Below, piece after piece: positions 47,779 through 56,488 of a stretch of 64,000 nucleotides of DNA; the stretch's first letter is position 1, and every line of letters starts with the position of its first letter. The notes under the pieces are model-generated. The model saw only the letters and a list, made by a program, of their open reading frames with translations. It was not told the origin of the DNA and ran no database searches. A program made the translations under genes and the position numbers. Source of the stretch: Bacteroidales bacterium (lineage in GTDB: Bacteria > Bacteroidota > Bacteroidia > Bacteroidales > VadinHA17). The stretch is from positions 711,218 to 775,217 of the forward strand of contig JAXGLU010000001.1 of the NCBI GenBank assembly GCA_040769065.1, read 5' to 3'.

Positions 47779-49140
47779 ATGAAAGAGAAAGTTATCGCAG
47801 TTTTTGACATAGGAAAGACCAATAAAAAGATTGTCTTGTTCAATCATAATCTTGAACTCATTGAAGAGGAGGAGGAGAAGTTTCCCGAGATAATAGATGA
47901 TGAGGGTTTTCCCTGTGACAATATTGAACTGATCGAAAAGTGGATAAAAAAGTCGGTTGAACGGATGGCAGAGTCCCACAAGTACGATTTAACGGCTGTG
48001 AATTTTGCTACCTACGGCGCCACTCTGGCTTTTCTGGATGAAAACGGGAAGAGAATTACTCCAATATACAATTACCTTAAGCCTCTTGACGATAAAATCC
48101 CCGAAAAACTCTACAGAAGATATGGAGGACAGGATGAATTTTGCCGAAGAACTGCATCACCTGCGCTTGGAATGCTTAATTCGGGTATACAGATTCTTTG
48201 GCTGAAAACCACCAGGCCTGATACCTTCTCAAAAGTAAAAAATATCCTTCATTTTCCCCAGTATCTGTCATACCGGCTTACAGGAAAAATGTTTTCCGAA
48301 TATACATCAATAGGATGCCATACAGCTCTATGGGATTTTGATAATATGGAGTATCATCCATGGTTGAATAACGAACACATTAAACTTCCTGAACCCGTAA
48401 GTATTGAGACAACTGAAGAGATTTCAGTAAGAGGTAAAAAGATTATAGCAGGAATAGGATTGCACGACAGTTCCGCATCACTGGCCCCGTATTTTTCAGG
48501 TAACAGGGGGAAATTCCTTCTTGTTTCAACCGGCACATGGTGCATAAACATGAATCCCTTCAATTCCGAAAGACTGACCACCGAGCAACTTGACAGAGAT
48601 TGCCTCTGTTATATAAGCGTTACAAAACAGCCCGTCAAGTCTTCCAGATTGTTCCTCGGAAATATGCACGAAACCGGAGTAAAAATGATCAATGATCATT
48701 TCAGAACAAGCAATGACTACTTCCGAATAATAAAATATGACCCTGAATTGGCAAAAATGCTGAGGGGAAGGTATAGCGGTGACAAAAAAGCATTCTTTAA
48801 AAGCGGCCCTGAATCAAGGGAATTCAAGGATAGAATAGACCTGTATGATTTCCGGTCATTTGAAGAGGCTTACCATCAATTAATGATGGAACTTGGATAT
48901 CTGGCAATTGAGGCTATTAAACTCGTGATTCCAGAGAATGATGATATTGAAAATATTTATATTACGGGAGGATTCGCCAAAAACTCAATTTTCAGGAAGT
49001 TGGTTTCGATTGCTTTCCCAACAAAGAGGGTGTATACATCAGTGATCAATAACGGTACAGCTCTTGGCACCGCTCTTGTCACACTATATTCCATCAACCA
49101 GATCAGGCTTTCACCAGATCTGGGACTTACAGAGTGCTGA
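47779..49140 (+). CDS. rhaB: FGGY-family carbohydrate kinase, probable rhamnulokinase
   Basis: FGGY/ASKHA features (VFDIGKTNKK N-terminal phosphate loop, GLHDSSASL, YITGGFAKN). The substrate is assigned only from its position after rhaA. Confidence 0.65.
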   Translation: MKEKVIAVFDIGKTNKKIVLFNHNLELIEEEEEKFPEIIDDEGFPCDNIELIEKWIKKSVERMAESHKYDLTAVNFATYGATLAFLDENGKRITPIYNYLKPLDDKIPEKLYRRYGGQDEFCRRTASPALGMLNSGIQILWLKTTRPDTFSKVKNILHFPQYLSYRLTGKMFSEYTSIGCHTALWDFDNMEYHPWLNNEHIKLPEPVSIETTEEISVRGKKIIAGIGLHDSSASLAPYFSGNRGKFLLVSTGTWCINMNPFNSERLTTEQLDRDCLCYISVTKQPVKSSRLFLGNMHETGVKMINDHFRTSNDYFRIIKYDPELAKMLRGRYSGDKKAFFKSGPESREFKDRIDLYDFRSFEEAYHQLMMELGYLAIEAIKLVIPENDDIENIYITGGFAKNSIFRKLVSIAFPTKRVYTSVINNGTALGTALVTLYSINQIRLSPDLGLTEC

Positions 49141-49376
49141 TCTTCAGATTTGAAACATAAACTGAGAAGTTGGAATAATCTCCGATAATACTATTCTTCA
49201 GCCAAACATAAAGCAGTGTGCCCCCAAAGAGAATCCAGAGTATTCCTGTTTTATCTGTTCCGGCTTTAATTCTCTGAAGACCGCATTGTTCCTTTCTGTT
49301 CCAAAGCCCATGATGTAAAGCCTTGAAAGGGCCTAATATATTATTGCCAACGAAAGCATCTCACTATCATTCATAG

Positions 49377-52300
49377 CTATTCTTTCCTAATACCGCTGAT
49401 CAGGGTATCGGTTTTTACGGATTGGACTGAGACCAGAAGCGCTGCTATTCCGGTAGCAAGAATCAGCAATATCATTACGGCTATTGTTCCCCACGGAAAA
49501 CCGGCGTCGCTAAGCAGCGAGGGCCGTGTGGCAAAAAGAGCTGAAACGATCCCGGTAACAACACCCGCGATAAGAATTACCAAATGTTCATCAAAGATCA
49601 TTTTCCTTATCCGTTTCAAGGAAAATCCTTCTGCCAGCATCAGGTAGAAATCACTTCTGCGGCTGTTGAAATTCCTGATCAGGATAAGCCCCATTCCGGT
49701 AACTCCGAAAATCATTCCTATTCCTCCCAGAATAGTAAATACCGAAAGGTATGTATTGGTAACCACGAAAAACGAGGCAAGCCTGTCGGCAGCCGGCTCA
49801 AAATGAACTCCGTATTCTGCCAGCCGATCGCCAAGGATGCTTATATAGTCATCTCTCATTTCATGATTTCCGTCGGCGAGAAAAATCTGACTTCCTGCTA
49901 TCGATGGGAAATATCTGTTGAAATTATCAATACCTATCAGGACATATCCCTGAAACACTGAAGACTTAAGTCCGGCTGCCAGAACAACATTCAGAACCTG
50001 ACCGCTTTCAGTCCTGATCTTAAGTGTGTCACCAGCCTTAAGCATAAGGCCATACTGCATCACGGTCTGGTCGGCAATCCCGTAAATTGTTTCATCAACC
50101 GGAAGCTGATTAAGGCATTCCCATGGATTGTCTCCCTTAAAGCCCTTCATAGTGACGGCGAAGGAGAAAGAATTTCGTTTTATGAATTCAACCGGATCGA
50201 TTCCCAGCAGGGGAGGAGAAGCAATGTGATTCAGATTCAGGCAGCTAGCATCATTTCCTGCTGTTTTTCGCGCCTGAAGGATTGAAAGTTCAGCCAGTTC
50301 AGCATCATCGAGACCGAATTCCCTTCGTCCGGTTTCACTGGTCAGGGTGCCCTTCACCGGAACCGATGCTTCGCCCCAGAGAAGATAGCCACCAGTGCCA
50401 CCCGATGGCTTCAGCATGTTGTCGCTGATACTCATCTTGTTTGCCCCTGTGATTATAACTGCAAAAAGTCCTGCAGCAAGAAAGAGGACAGGTGCAATAG
50501 CCTGGGAAGGATGGAATGAATAATAAGCATCGGATATATGGGAACTTGTACGCGGAACTTTTTTACCATGCTTTTCCGGTCTCAGACAATACTGACGGAT
50601 CAGGAGAATGCAGGCGGCAAAAACCAGTATTCCGGAAATATATGAGAGTAGCGTTGCATGTTCGTCAAGAATGAAAGACAATGTCACAGTCAGAACTGCG
50701 ATCGCTGCAGTTACGATCAGGATCATCAGGTTAAGCTTTGCCGAGGCTCTTTCCACCTTTCCCGTTTCTGCTTCACTGAGCTTTTTCAGGTAACGTGATG
50801 AATTGATTTTCAGAATAATAATAACCAATGCCATGGTAGCAAAAAATCCTGTCAGGAAAGAAAGGAGGTCAAATTTAGCAGCCAGAGTATTTGTCTGAAC
50901 CGCTCCCTGCCAGACTGAATTCAGGGCTTTTATTATTATCCAGTTGAAGAATCCACCCGCGAAGGCACCTGTCAGTGCACCTGCCAATGCAATGAGACCG
51001 GTTTCGAGAAACAACTGCATTTCTATCCTGCGCCTGGTAAATCCAAGGGAGTAGAAGGTCATCACTTCAGCCTTTTTTGATTCATAGTGTGTTGATATCA
51101 CCAGAATCAGAAGAATGAGGGCCGAAACGATAATGAAGAAACCCAGTCCGAGGAAAAGAGTGCTGAAATCAACGCTTTTGTCAGCTGCCGCCACTGATTC
51201 CTTCCTGAGATCGGATATGAAAAAGCCTGCCTTTTCAGGATCGAGAGATCCGGTGAGCTTTTCCCTTATATCATTTTCAGAGAGCTCTTCGCCAAAACGG
51301 ATTGATGTTGCCGGACCAAAGTTGCCCGCCCATAGCCCGCGGCCTTTTTCGTAACCTATAAAGGCTTTTGGTGTGCCGCCAAAGCGATTCCAGTATTCCT
51401 CATCCTTGTCTCTTATCAATCGCATATCGATATCCACGCCTGCATCCCATTCCGTGCATGATACACTGCCTGCTATTCCGGGGAATTCAGGCATAAGCAG
51501 GGAGTCGGACCATATACCATTCATTGCAACCACTTTTCCCACAATGAAATCCTGTTTCTCCTCGGTAAGACGATTCATCGGGTCGGGTGAATACCAGGAA
51601 ATGTTGAGAGTATCGCCTTCTTCAGCCGAAAGATCCTGAGCAAGCCATTCATTTATCACGATGGTGTCGCCTTCCGGCATTCCTTCATACAGCGAAGGAT
51701 CGAGGGCAGAAATAAAGGAATACGGTGTTGACCCGGCTTTGCTGCTGATGTTGTTGGCAAGGTAAGTGATGGCAGGAAATGCAGATTTAATTTTTTCCCG
51801 TACCTGATCCACCTGTAACTGGTCGATGAAAATCCTTCCGGTCACCAGTTCAAAGCCTCCTGTTGCCGGTACAGGCCTAAGCCTCAGGCCGGCATCTTCC
51901 GGTTTTATAATCCTGCTCAATGCGCTATGCACCACTTCAGGAGTCAATCCGGCTGCAGAACTGAAAATAAGTCGGTTAATATCAGGGGGTTCGCCTTCAG
52001 CATTGATAATATCCGAACGATTTATGAAAATGTTCATGGGGATCAGCTGGCTGATGCCAAGTGAAAAATTGCCTGCTTCACCCGGTAACAGGATTTTTCC
52101 AATCTTCAGAACGACAGATGGATTGGATACCTTGCCGGGAGAAAAAGGGGCATCTGTCGGTATGTCGGTGATTGAATTGAACCTGATAATAAGCTCATCA
52201 CCTTCGCTAACTTCAAGCCATTCGGCAAGCCGTTTGTTTATCGCGACTTCACCCTGCGAAAGGTTGATGCCTTCAATATTGTGAAAAGGAAAAAAATCTT

Positions 52301-52643
52301 GGTCTATAGCAAATATCCTTACCCGCGGGGCTATTTTCTGTGTCGCGAAACTCTGGCAATACCCATCCAGCTCAAGCAAGCCTGTTGATGTGGCTCCCGT
52401 TTCTGCCGACATTCTCTCCACAAGCGACTGATTGAAATACCTAATCCCTGAACTAAGCACAATCCCTGCATTGCCCAGTTTTTCGAATGAAGTCTGCTTA
52501 AGGCTTTCACGTACCGATTTTCCGGTCATGAGAGAACCGGTCACCACGCCGGTCAACAGGATAATAATTATGAGCTGATAAAGGTAGCCCCTTATGTTAT
52601 GCGTGACGGATCTCGCTATTATCCGGAGCAGGCTAAGCTTCAT
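49377..52643 (-). CDS. Large ABC transporter permease with two FtsX-type domains (YbbP/MacB-like)
   Basis: 1088 aa with two four-helix FtsX-like membrane modules, each preceded by a large extracytoplasmic domain. Follows a MacB/LolD-type ATPase gene with a 3-nt gap. Confidence 0.8.
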   Translation of the reverse strand: MKLSLLRIIARSVTHNIRGYLYQLIIIILLTGVVTGSLMTGKSVRESLKQTSFEKLGNAGIVLSSGIRYFNQSLVERMSAETGATSTGLLELDGYCQSFATQKIAPRVRIFAIDQDFFPFHNIEGINLSQGEVAINKRLAEWLEVSEGDELIIRFNSITDIPTDAPFSPGKVSNPSVVLKIGKILLPGEAGNFSLGISQLIPMNIFINRSDIINAEGEPPDINRLIFSSAAGLTPEVVHSALSRIIKPEDAGLRLRPVPATGGFELVTGRIFIDQLQVDQVREKIKSAFPAITYLANNISSKAGSTPYSFISALDPSLYEGMPEGDTIVINEWLAQDLSAEEGDTLNISWYSPDPMNRLTEEKQDFIVGKVVAMNGIWSDSLLMPEFPGIAGSVSCTEWDAGVDIDMRLIRDKDEEYWNRFGGTPKAFIGYEKGRGLWAGNFGPATSIRFGEELSENDIREKLTGSLDPEKAGFFISDLRKESVAAADKSVDFSTLFLGLGFFIIVSALILLILVISTHYESKKAEVMTFYSLGFTRRRIEMQLFLETGLIALAGALTGAFAGGFFNWIIIKALNSVWQGAVQTNTLAAKFDLLSFLTGFFATMALVIIILKINSSRYLKKLSEAETGKVERASAKLNLMILIVTAAIAVLTVTLSFILDEHATLLSYISGILVFAACILLIRQYCLRPEKHGKKVPRTSSHISDAYYSFHPSQAIAPVLFLAAGLFAVIITGANKMSISDNMLKPSGGTGGYLLWGEASVPVKGTLTSETGRREFGLDDAELAELSILQARKTAGNDASCLNLNHIASPPLLGIDPVEFIKRNSFSFAVTMKGFKGDNPWECLNQLPVDETIYGIADQTVMQYGLMLKAGDTLKIRTESGQVLNVVLAAGLKSSVFQGYVLIGIDNFNRYFPSIAGSQIFLADGNHEMRDDYISILGDRLAEYGVHFEPAADRLASFFVVTNTYLSVFTILGGIGMIFGVTGMGLILIRNFNSRRSDFYLMLAEGFSLKRIRKMIFDEHLVILIAGVVTGIVSALFATRPSLLSDAGFPWGTIAVMILLILATGIAALLVSVQSVKTDTLISGIRKE

Positions 52644-52646
52644 AGC

Positions 52647-53333
52647 TCAATTATCTGTTATTGCTTGCAGTTCAAGTTTTCCTTCGGAGAGAGCGTACCT
52701 GACCTTCATCCTGTCGGCGAGATCCTGTGAGTGTGTGGCAAGAATAAGTGTAATACCGTACTCTCTGTTCATGCCTGTCAGCAGGTCGCCCAGGATTTCC
52801 GCGTTTCTTCTGTCGAGCGATCCGGTCGGCTCATCAGCAAGAAGAATGGATGGCTGGTTGACAAGTGCTCTAACAAGTGTCGCTCTTTGGGCTTCGCCTC
52901 CGGATATCTGGTAAGGGTATTTCGATGCTATACCGGATATACCCGTCTTCTCCATCATTCTCCGGGCCTCATCTGTCTTCCTGCTGTAATCTGCATCTGA
53001 AGTTTCGGAGGCAAGAAGCGGAAGAAGAATATTCTCAAAAACTGTAAGATAGGGGAGAAGCAGGTGATCCTGAAAGACAAAGCCTATATTAAGACTTCTG
53101 TACCTGGCTGCCTGATTCTGATCGTAGCTCAGCAGCTGTTTATCCCTGAACAATACTTCTCCAGCATCGGGTCGGTCAAGTAACCCGATGATATTAAGCA
53201 AAGTGGTTTTTCCCGAACCGGAAGGGCCGGTTATGGAAACTGTATCTCCTTCTTTTACTGAAAGGTGAAGGTCATTCAGAACGATACCTCGCTGCAGGAA
53301 CGATTTTGAAATATTATTAAGTCTAAGCATCAT
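52647..53333 (-). CDS. ABC transporter ATP-binding protein (LolD/YbbA-like)
   Basis: Walker A GPSGSGKTT, signature ISGGEAQR, Walker B ILLADEPTGSLD. 228 aa. Confidence 0.9.
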   Translation of the reverse strand: MMLRLNNISKSFLQRGIVLNDLHLSVKEGDTVSITGPSGSGKTTLLNIIGLLDRPDAGEVLFRDKQLLSYDQNQAARYRSLNIGFVFQDHLLLPYLTVFENILLPLLASETSDADYSRKTDEARRMMEKTGISGIASKYPYQISGGEAQRATLVRALVNQPSILLADEPTGSLDRRNAEILGDLLTGMNREYGITLILATHSQDLADRMKVRYALSEGKLELQAITDN

Positions 53334-54625
53334 TGCATGACATTATTATAAACTTCCGCGAGTCCGGCCGACATTTTATCAAGCGAGAACTCCTTCCTTA
53401 CCATCTCGTTTCCCTTCTTTCCAAGACTTGCAATCAGTTCTTTATCTTTCAGAAGCATGGTAAGGTTATCAGCGAGGGCATCCACGGTATCAGGGGAATA
53501 TACAATCCCTCCGCCGGTTTTCCCGACAATCTCGGGAAAGGCTCCGGTAGCAGGCTGAACCACGGGTATCCCGGAAGCATTGGCCTCAAGGAGGTAGAGA
53601 CCGTAGCCATCGTATTTCCTGACAGGCACGCTTATCACATCAACGTCATTGAAGAATTCAAGCTTTTTATCTCCTTCAAATTCAGGGTAAATTTTAATTG
53701 ACTTTTCAAGTTTATGCTCCCGTATCTTTCTTATCTGCTCAGATATGAAATCCTTGTCTATTCCGGTATAGCCTCCGCATATTTTCAGCAACAATCCCGG
53801 GATCTCATCACGCTGTTTCATCAAAATAAAGGCATCAACCAGTTTGTCAATCCCGTTATACCTGTTTATACGGCTGAAGAATCCTATTGAAGCGGGTTCC
53901 CTGTCAGGTCTCGAAATATCATCTTTTTCCGGATCAAAACCCAGCGGAACAACTTTGACGTTTTCGCCACTATGCCCGGTTTTGCTTTTGAACAGTTCGC
54001 GATAATAATTGCTGGGAGTAACAAAAATATCTACATGGCCCGCTTCCTTTGCAATCATCTTCCACGCGCGCGAGCGGAAAGGCTCATCCATATCATCGAT
54101 CCAGTCGTCCTCGTTCAGCAGGGAACATACCACCTTTACATCCATCCTTTGTTTAAGCTGCCTGGCTATTCCAAGAATTAGCGCGTTGGACAGATGTATA
54201 ATATCGGGCTTTCCATCTTTCATCAGATATCTGACCAGCCTGTCAACTTCCTGTTTACGAAAGGCATTGTCGCCTTCTATCATGCTTATTGTCAGCTCCT
54301 CGTAGCCTTCGGTGCTGGTTGTGCCTGCCTGTTTCGCGGCAAACCTTAGAAAGAGTTTGCAATCGAGTAATTTATCGAAAAATGCCGGCATATTTCTCAG
54401 AAAAGGCACCTTTTCCCTGAGGAACATCGAAATTGCCCCGAAGAACACATTTTTGTCGAAACCGCTTTCACTGCCGGTTGTCTTGTCTGGCGGCAGGTAA
54501 AGAGGTATCGCGCTTGCCTTTATTCCCGGCACTTTTCTAATCGCACGAACATAAAGCATATCTCGGTAGCAGTTCCCGCAATAAAAGGACCCTCCTGATC
54601 CGGTTATCAAATAAACAATTTTCAT
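53330..54625 (-). CDS. Glycosyltransferase (GT-B fold, GT4-like) with an N-terminal CxxC motif
   Basis: The C-terminal GYGLYLLEANASGIPVVQPATGAFPEIV is the GT4/GT1 retaining-GT motif. The N-terminus is GSGGSFYCGNCYRD. 4-nt overlap with the downstream ATPase gene. Confidence 0.8.
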   Translation of the reverse strand: MKIVYLITGSGGSFYCGNCYRDMLYVRAIRKVPGIKASAIPLYLPPDKTTGSESGFDKNVFFGAISMFLREKVPFLRNMPAFFDKLLDCKLFLRFAAKQAGTTSTEGYEELTISMIEGDNAFRKQEVDRLVRYLMKDGKPDIIHLSNALILGIARQLKQRMDVKVVCSLLNEDDWIDDMDEPFRSRAWKMIAKEAGHVDIFVTPSNYYRELFKSKTGHSGENVKVVPLGFDPEKDDISRPDREPASIGFFSRINRYNGIDKLVDAFILMKQRDEIPGLLLKICGGYTGIDKDFISEQIRKIREHKLEKSIKIYPEFEGDKKLEFFNDVDVISVPVRKYDGYGLYLLEANASGIPVVQPATGAFPEIVGKTGGGIVYSPDTVDALADNLTMLLKDKELIASLGKKGNEMVRKEFSLDKMSAGLAEVYNNVMQ

Positions 54626-54639
54626 ATATTAATGCGAAT

Positions 54640-55540
54640 TAAGAGTTGAAATAGAATAAGTTATTAACATATAAATATCTGAATGAACTCAAGTTAATCT
54701 CTATCTATTTGTATATCTGTGATATATTTGATTCAAGATTAAAAGGCACATGCCAGCGTTTCAGTAATAATAGCAATCCTGATTTTACTGATCAGGAAGT
54801 TATGACAATTTATCTCTATGCAATGAACGTAGAACAGCGGTTAAAGATAAAACAAATACATCAATACGCGAACGACTATCTTCGTTCCTGGTTTCCTCTA
54901 TTACCATCCTATGAAGCCTTCAATGTGAGAATAAACCGCCTTAGTGAAGCTTTCAGGATTTTATCTGAAATATTGCTTTCAGAAAATTGCCCACCTGATT
55001 GCGATCTGAATACAAGTGTGATGGATTCCTTACCTATAATTACCTGTTCGGGAAAACGCAGTCCTTCTGTAGCCAAAGAGATAACAGATAAAGGATATTG
55101 CTCATCTAAAAGCATGTACTATTATGGCTTAAAACTACACGCGTTGGCTTTTCACCGGCCGGATCATCTGCCTTTCCCTGAAAGTATAGTGGTTACTCCG
55201 GCTTCTGAGAATGACCTGAATGTTCATAAGCAAAACTGGTGTGACATACCTAATCGTAGTTTCTTCGGCGACAAGATATATCGTGATGCTGAGCTGTCAA
55301 AGGATATGGCAAGAATCAGTAATTCCAGAATACTAACACCGGTTAAAGCTGTTAAAAACCAGGCCCAGGTACTAATCCAACGTGATAAGGCGGCTAACGA
55401 TCTGTATTCAAGGGCTGTATCAGCTATAAGACAGTCCATCGAATCATTGTTCAACTGGATCATCGAAAAAACAGATATTCAAAGAGCATCAAAGGTGCGT
55501 TCTACCAGGGGATTGCTAGTTCATGTCTTTGGAAGAATAG
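54640..55540 (+). mobile_element. IS982-family insertion sequence (boundaries approximate; inverted repeats not resolved)
   Basis: It contains the transposase ORF. The right limit is inferred from where the opposite-strand ABC-ATPase coding signal stops (~55535). The left limit lies between the GT4 start (54625) and the first transposase-homologous codons (~54679). Confidence 0.4.
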
Positions 55541-55575
55541 CAATGGTTAGTTTTCGTTTCATACCCTTTGAATAG
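54709..55575 (+). CDS. IS982-family DDE transposase (no in-frame ATG; possibly inactive)
   Basis: Family-typical blocks: (NELKLISIYL)YICDIFD near the N-terminus, MDSLPIITC, KGYCSSKSMYYYGLKLHAL, FFGDKIY, RQSIESLFNWI...RSTRGLL. Homologous sequence continues in frame upstream to a CTG at 54679. The only nearby ATG (54683) is out of frame. Confidence 0.75.
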   Translation: MYICDIFDSRLKGTCQRFSNNSNPDFTDQEVMTIYLYAMNVEQRLKIKQIHQYANDYLRSWFPLLPSYEAFNVRINRLSEAFRILSEILLSENCPPDCDLNTSVMDSLPIITCSGKRSPSVAKEITDKGYCSSKSMYYYGLKLHALAFHRPDHLPFPESIVVTPASENDLNVHKQNWCDIPNRSFFGDKIYRDAELSKDMARISNSRILTPVKAVKNQAQVLIQRDKAANDLYSRAVSAIRQSIESLFNWIIEKTDIQRASKVRSTRGLLVHVFGRIAMVSFRFIPFE

Positions 55576-55978
55576 GTCCTGAATTTGTTTTTTGATACAT
55601 CTTTCAGTTGAAATTCATTTAGCAAAAAGGAGGCTCTATGTTCTCTGTTTTTCCTTGAAAGTCCGTAAAGAGAACCGCAAAAACACAGATTGTCAAAACC
55701 GCTCATTTCATCGTAAAGATTGCTTTCATCTGCAACAATCCCGATTATTTCCTGTGCTTTTTTTTATCCCGGGTTAAATCAACACCGTTATAATATACTC
55801 TCCCGTCAGTAATCCTTGCCATTCCTGTAAGTATATTAATGGTCGTTGTTTTACCTGCGCCATTTGGTCCTAAAAAGCCAAATATTTCCCCCCCTGGTAA
55901 CACCAAATGTAAGGTTATTAACAGCAATGAACTCTCCATATTTCCTGGTCAGGTTCTTTGCTCAATGATATTTGCCAT
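55530..55978 (-). pseudogene. ABC-2-type transporter ATP-binding protein, 3'-truncated and multiply frameshifted
   Basis: Joining three frames gives [98 protein letters not shown]...YSKGMKRKLTIA. That includes Walker A and the signature motif but no Walker B. Frameshifts lie near 55960, in a G7 run (55888-55894) and in an A8 run (55758-55765). The gene ends at the IS. Confidence 0.75.
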
Positions 55979-56011
55979 ATTCCTTTATGCTAATAGCAAG
56001 TCGTAATATAA

Positions 56012-56410
56012 TTATTCTTCAAGTAACAATTCACTCATCTCATTAAATTCTGGAATAGTAATCTCGCCTTTTGCCAGTCTGATCTTTAGTGTTTCGATAT
56101 AATCCCTGTCAGAATCCTGTCTTATTATGCCGAGTATATCGGTATAGGTTTTTTTACTGATCTCCCCGTTTGCAAACCGGGATTTAATTATACCGGCTGC
56201 ATCACCGCTTTCATCGGAATTATTGCCGGATGAGGTCCTTGATACAAACCTGTACAAAACAATTCCGGTTGTTATTACAAGGATAATCAGGAACAACCAC
56301 AGTAGTGGTGAAAAACCTTCATTCCACATGTTATGATTACCGTGCTGCATGGCAAATGAGTGCAGATTATCTGAAATCATCAGAAAAATATCAAGGATAC
56401 TTGTTTTCAT
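56012..56410 (-). CDS. Small membrane protein with two SHOCT-like C-terminal motifs
   Basis: One TM helix (LLWLFLIILVITTGIVLY), then RFANGEISKKTYTDILGII and RLAKGEITIPEFNEMSELL, which resemble the SHOCT short C-terminal domain. Confidence 0.6.
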   Translation of the reverse strand: MKTSILDIFLMISDNLHSFAMQHGNHNMWNEGFSPLLWLFLIILVITTGIVLYRFVSRTSSGNNSDESGDAAGIIKSRFANGEISKKTYTDILGIIRQDSDRDYIETLKIRLAKGEITIPEFNEMSELLLEE

Positions 56411-56488
56411 AATGTGCTGTGTTTATATTTTGTACCTATCATAAATCGTTTTAATATTTCTCTTTTGCAGTGTATTCTGAATACGGAA

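Noticed and set aside
49141-49376. 44-codon minus-strand ORF (…MGFGTERNNAVFRELKPEQIKQEYSGFSLGAHCFMFG) after rhaB, examined as a possible remnant of the missing rhaD.
   Set aside because: It has no similarity to class II aldolase motifs that I can recognise. It is too short to call.
54644-55613. The 9-nt direct repeat AGTTGAAAT at 54644-54652 and 55605-55613, considered as an IS982 target-site duplication.
   Set aside because: The right copy lies inside the ABC-ATPase pseudogene coding sequence, which continues ~70 nt further toward the IS. It therefore cannot mark the IS boundary.
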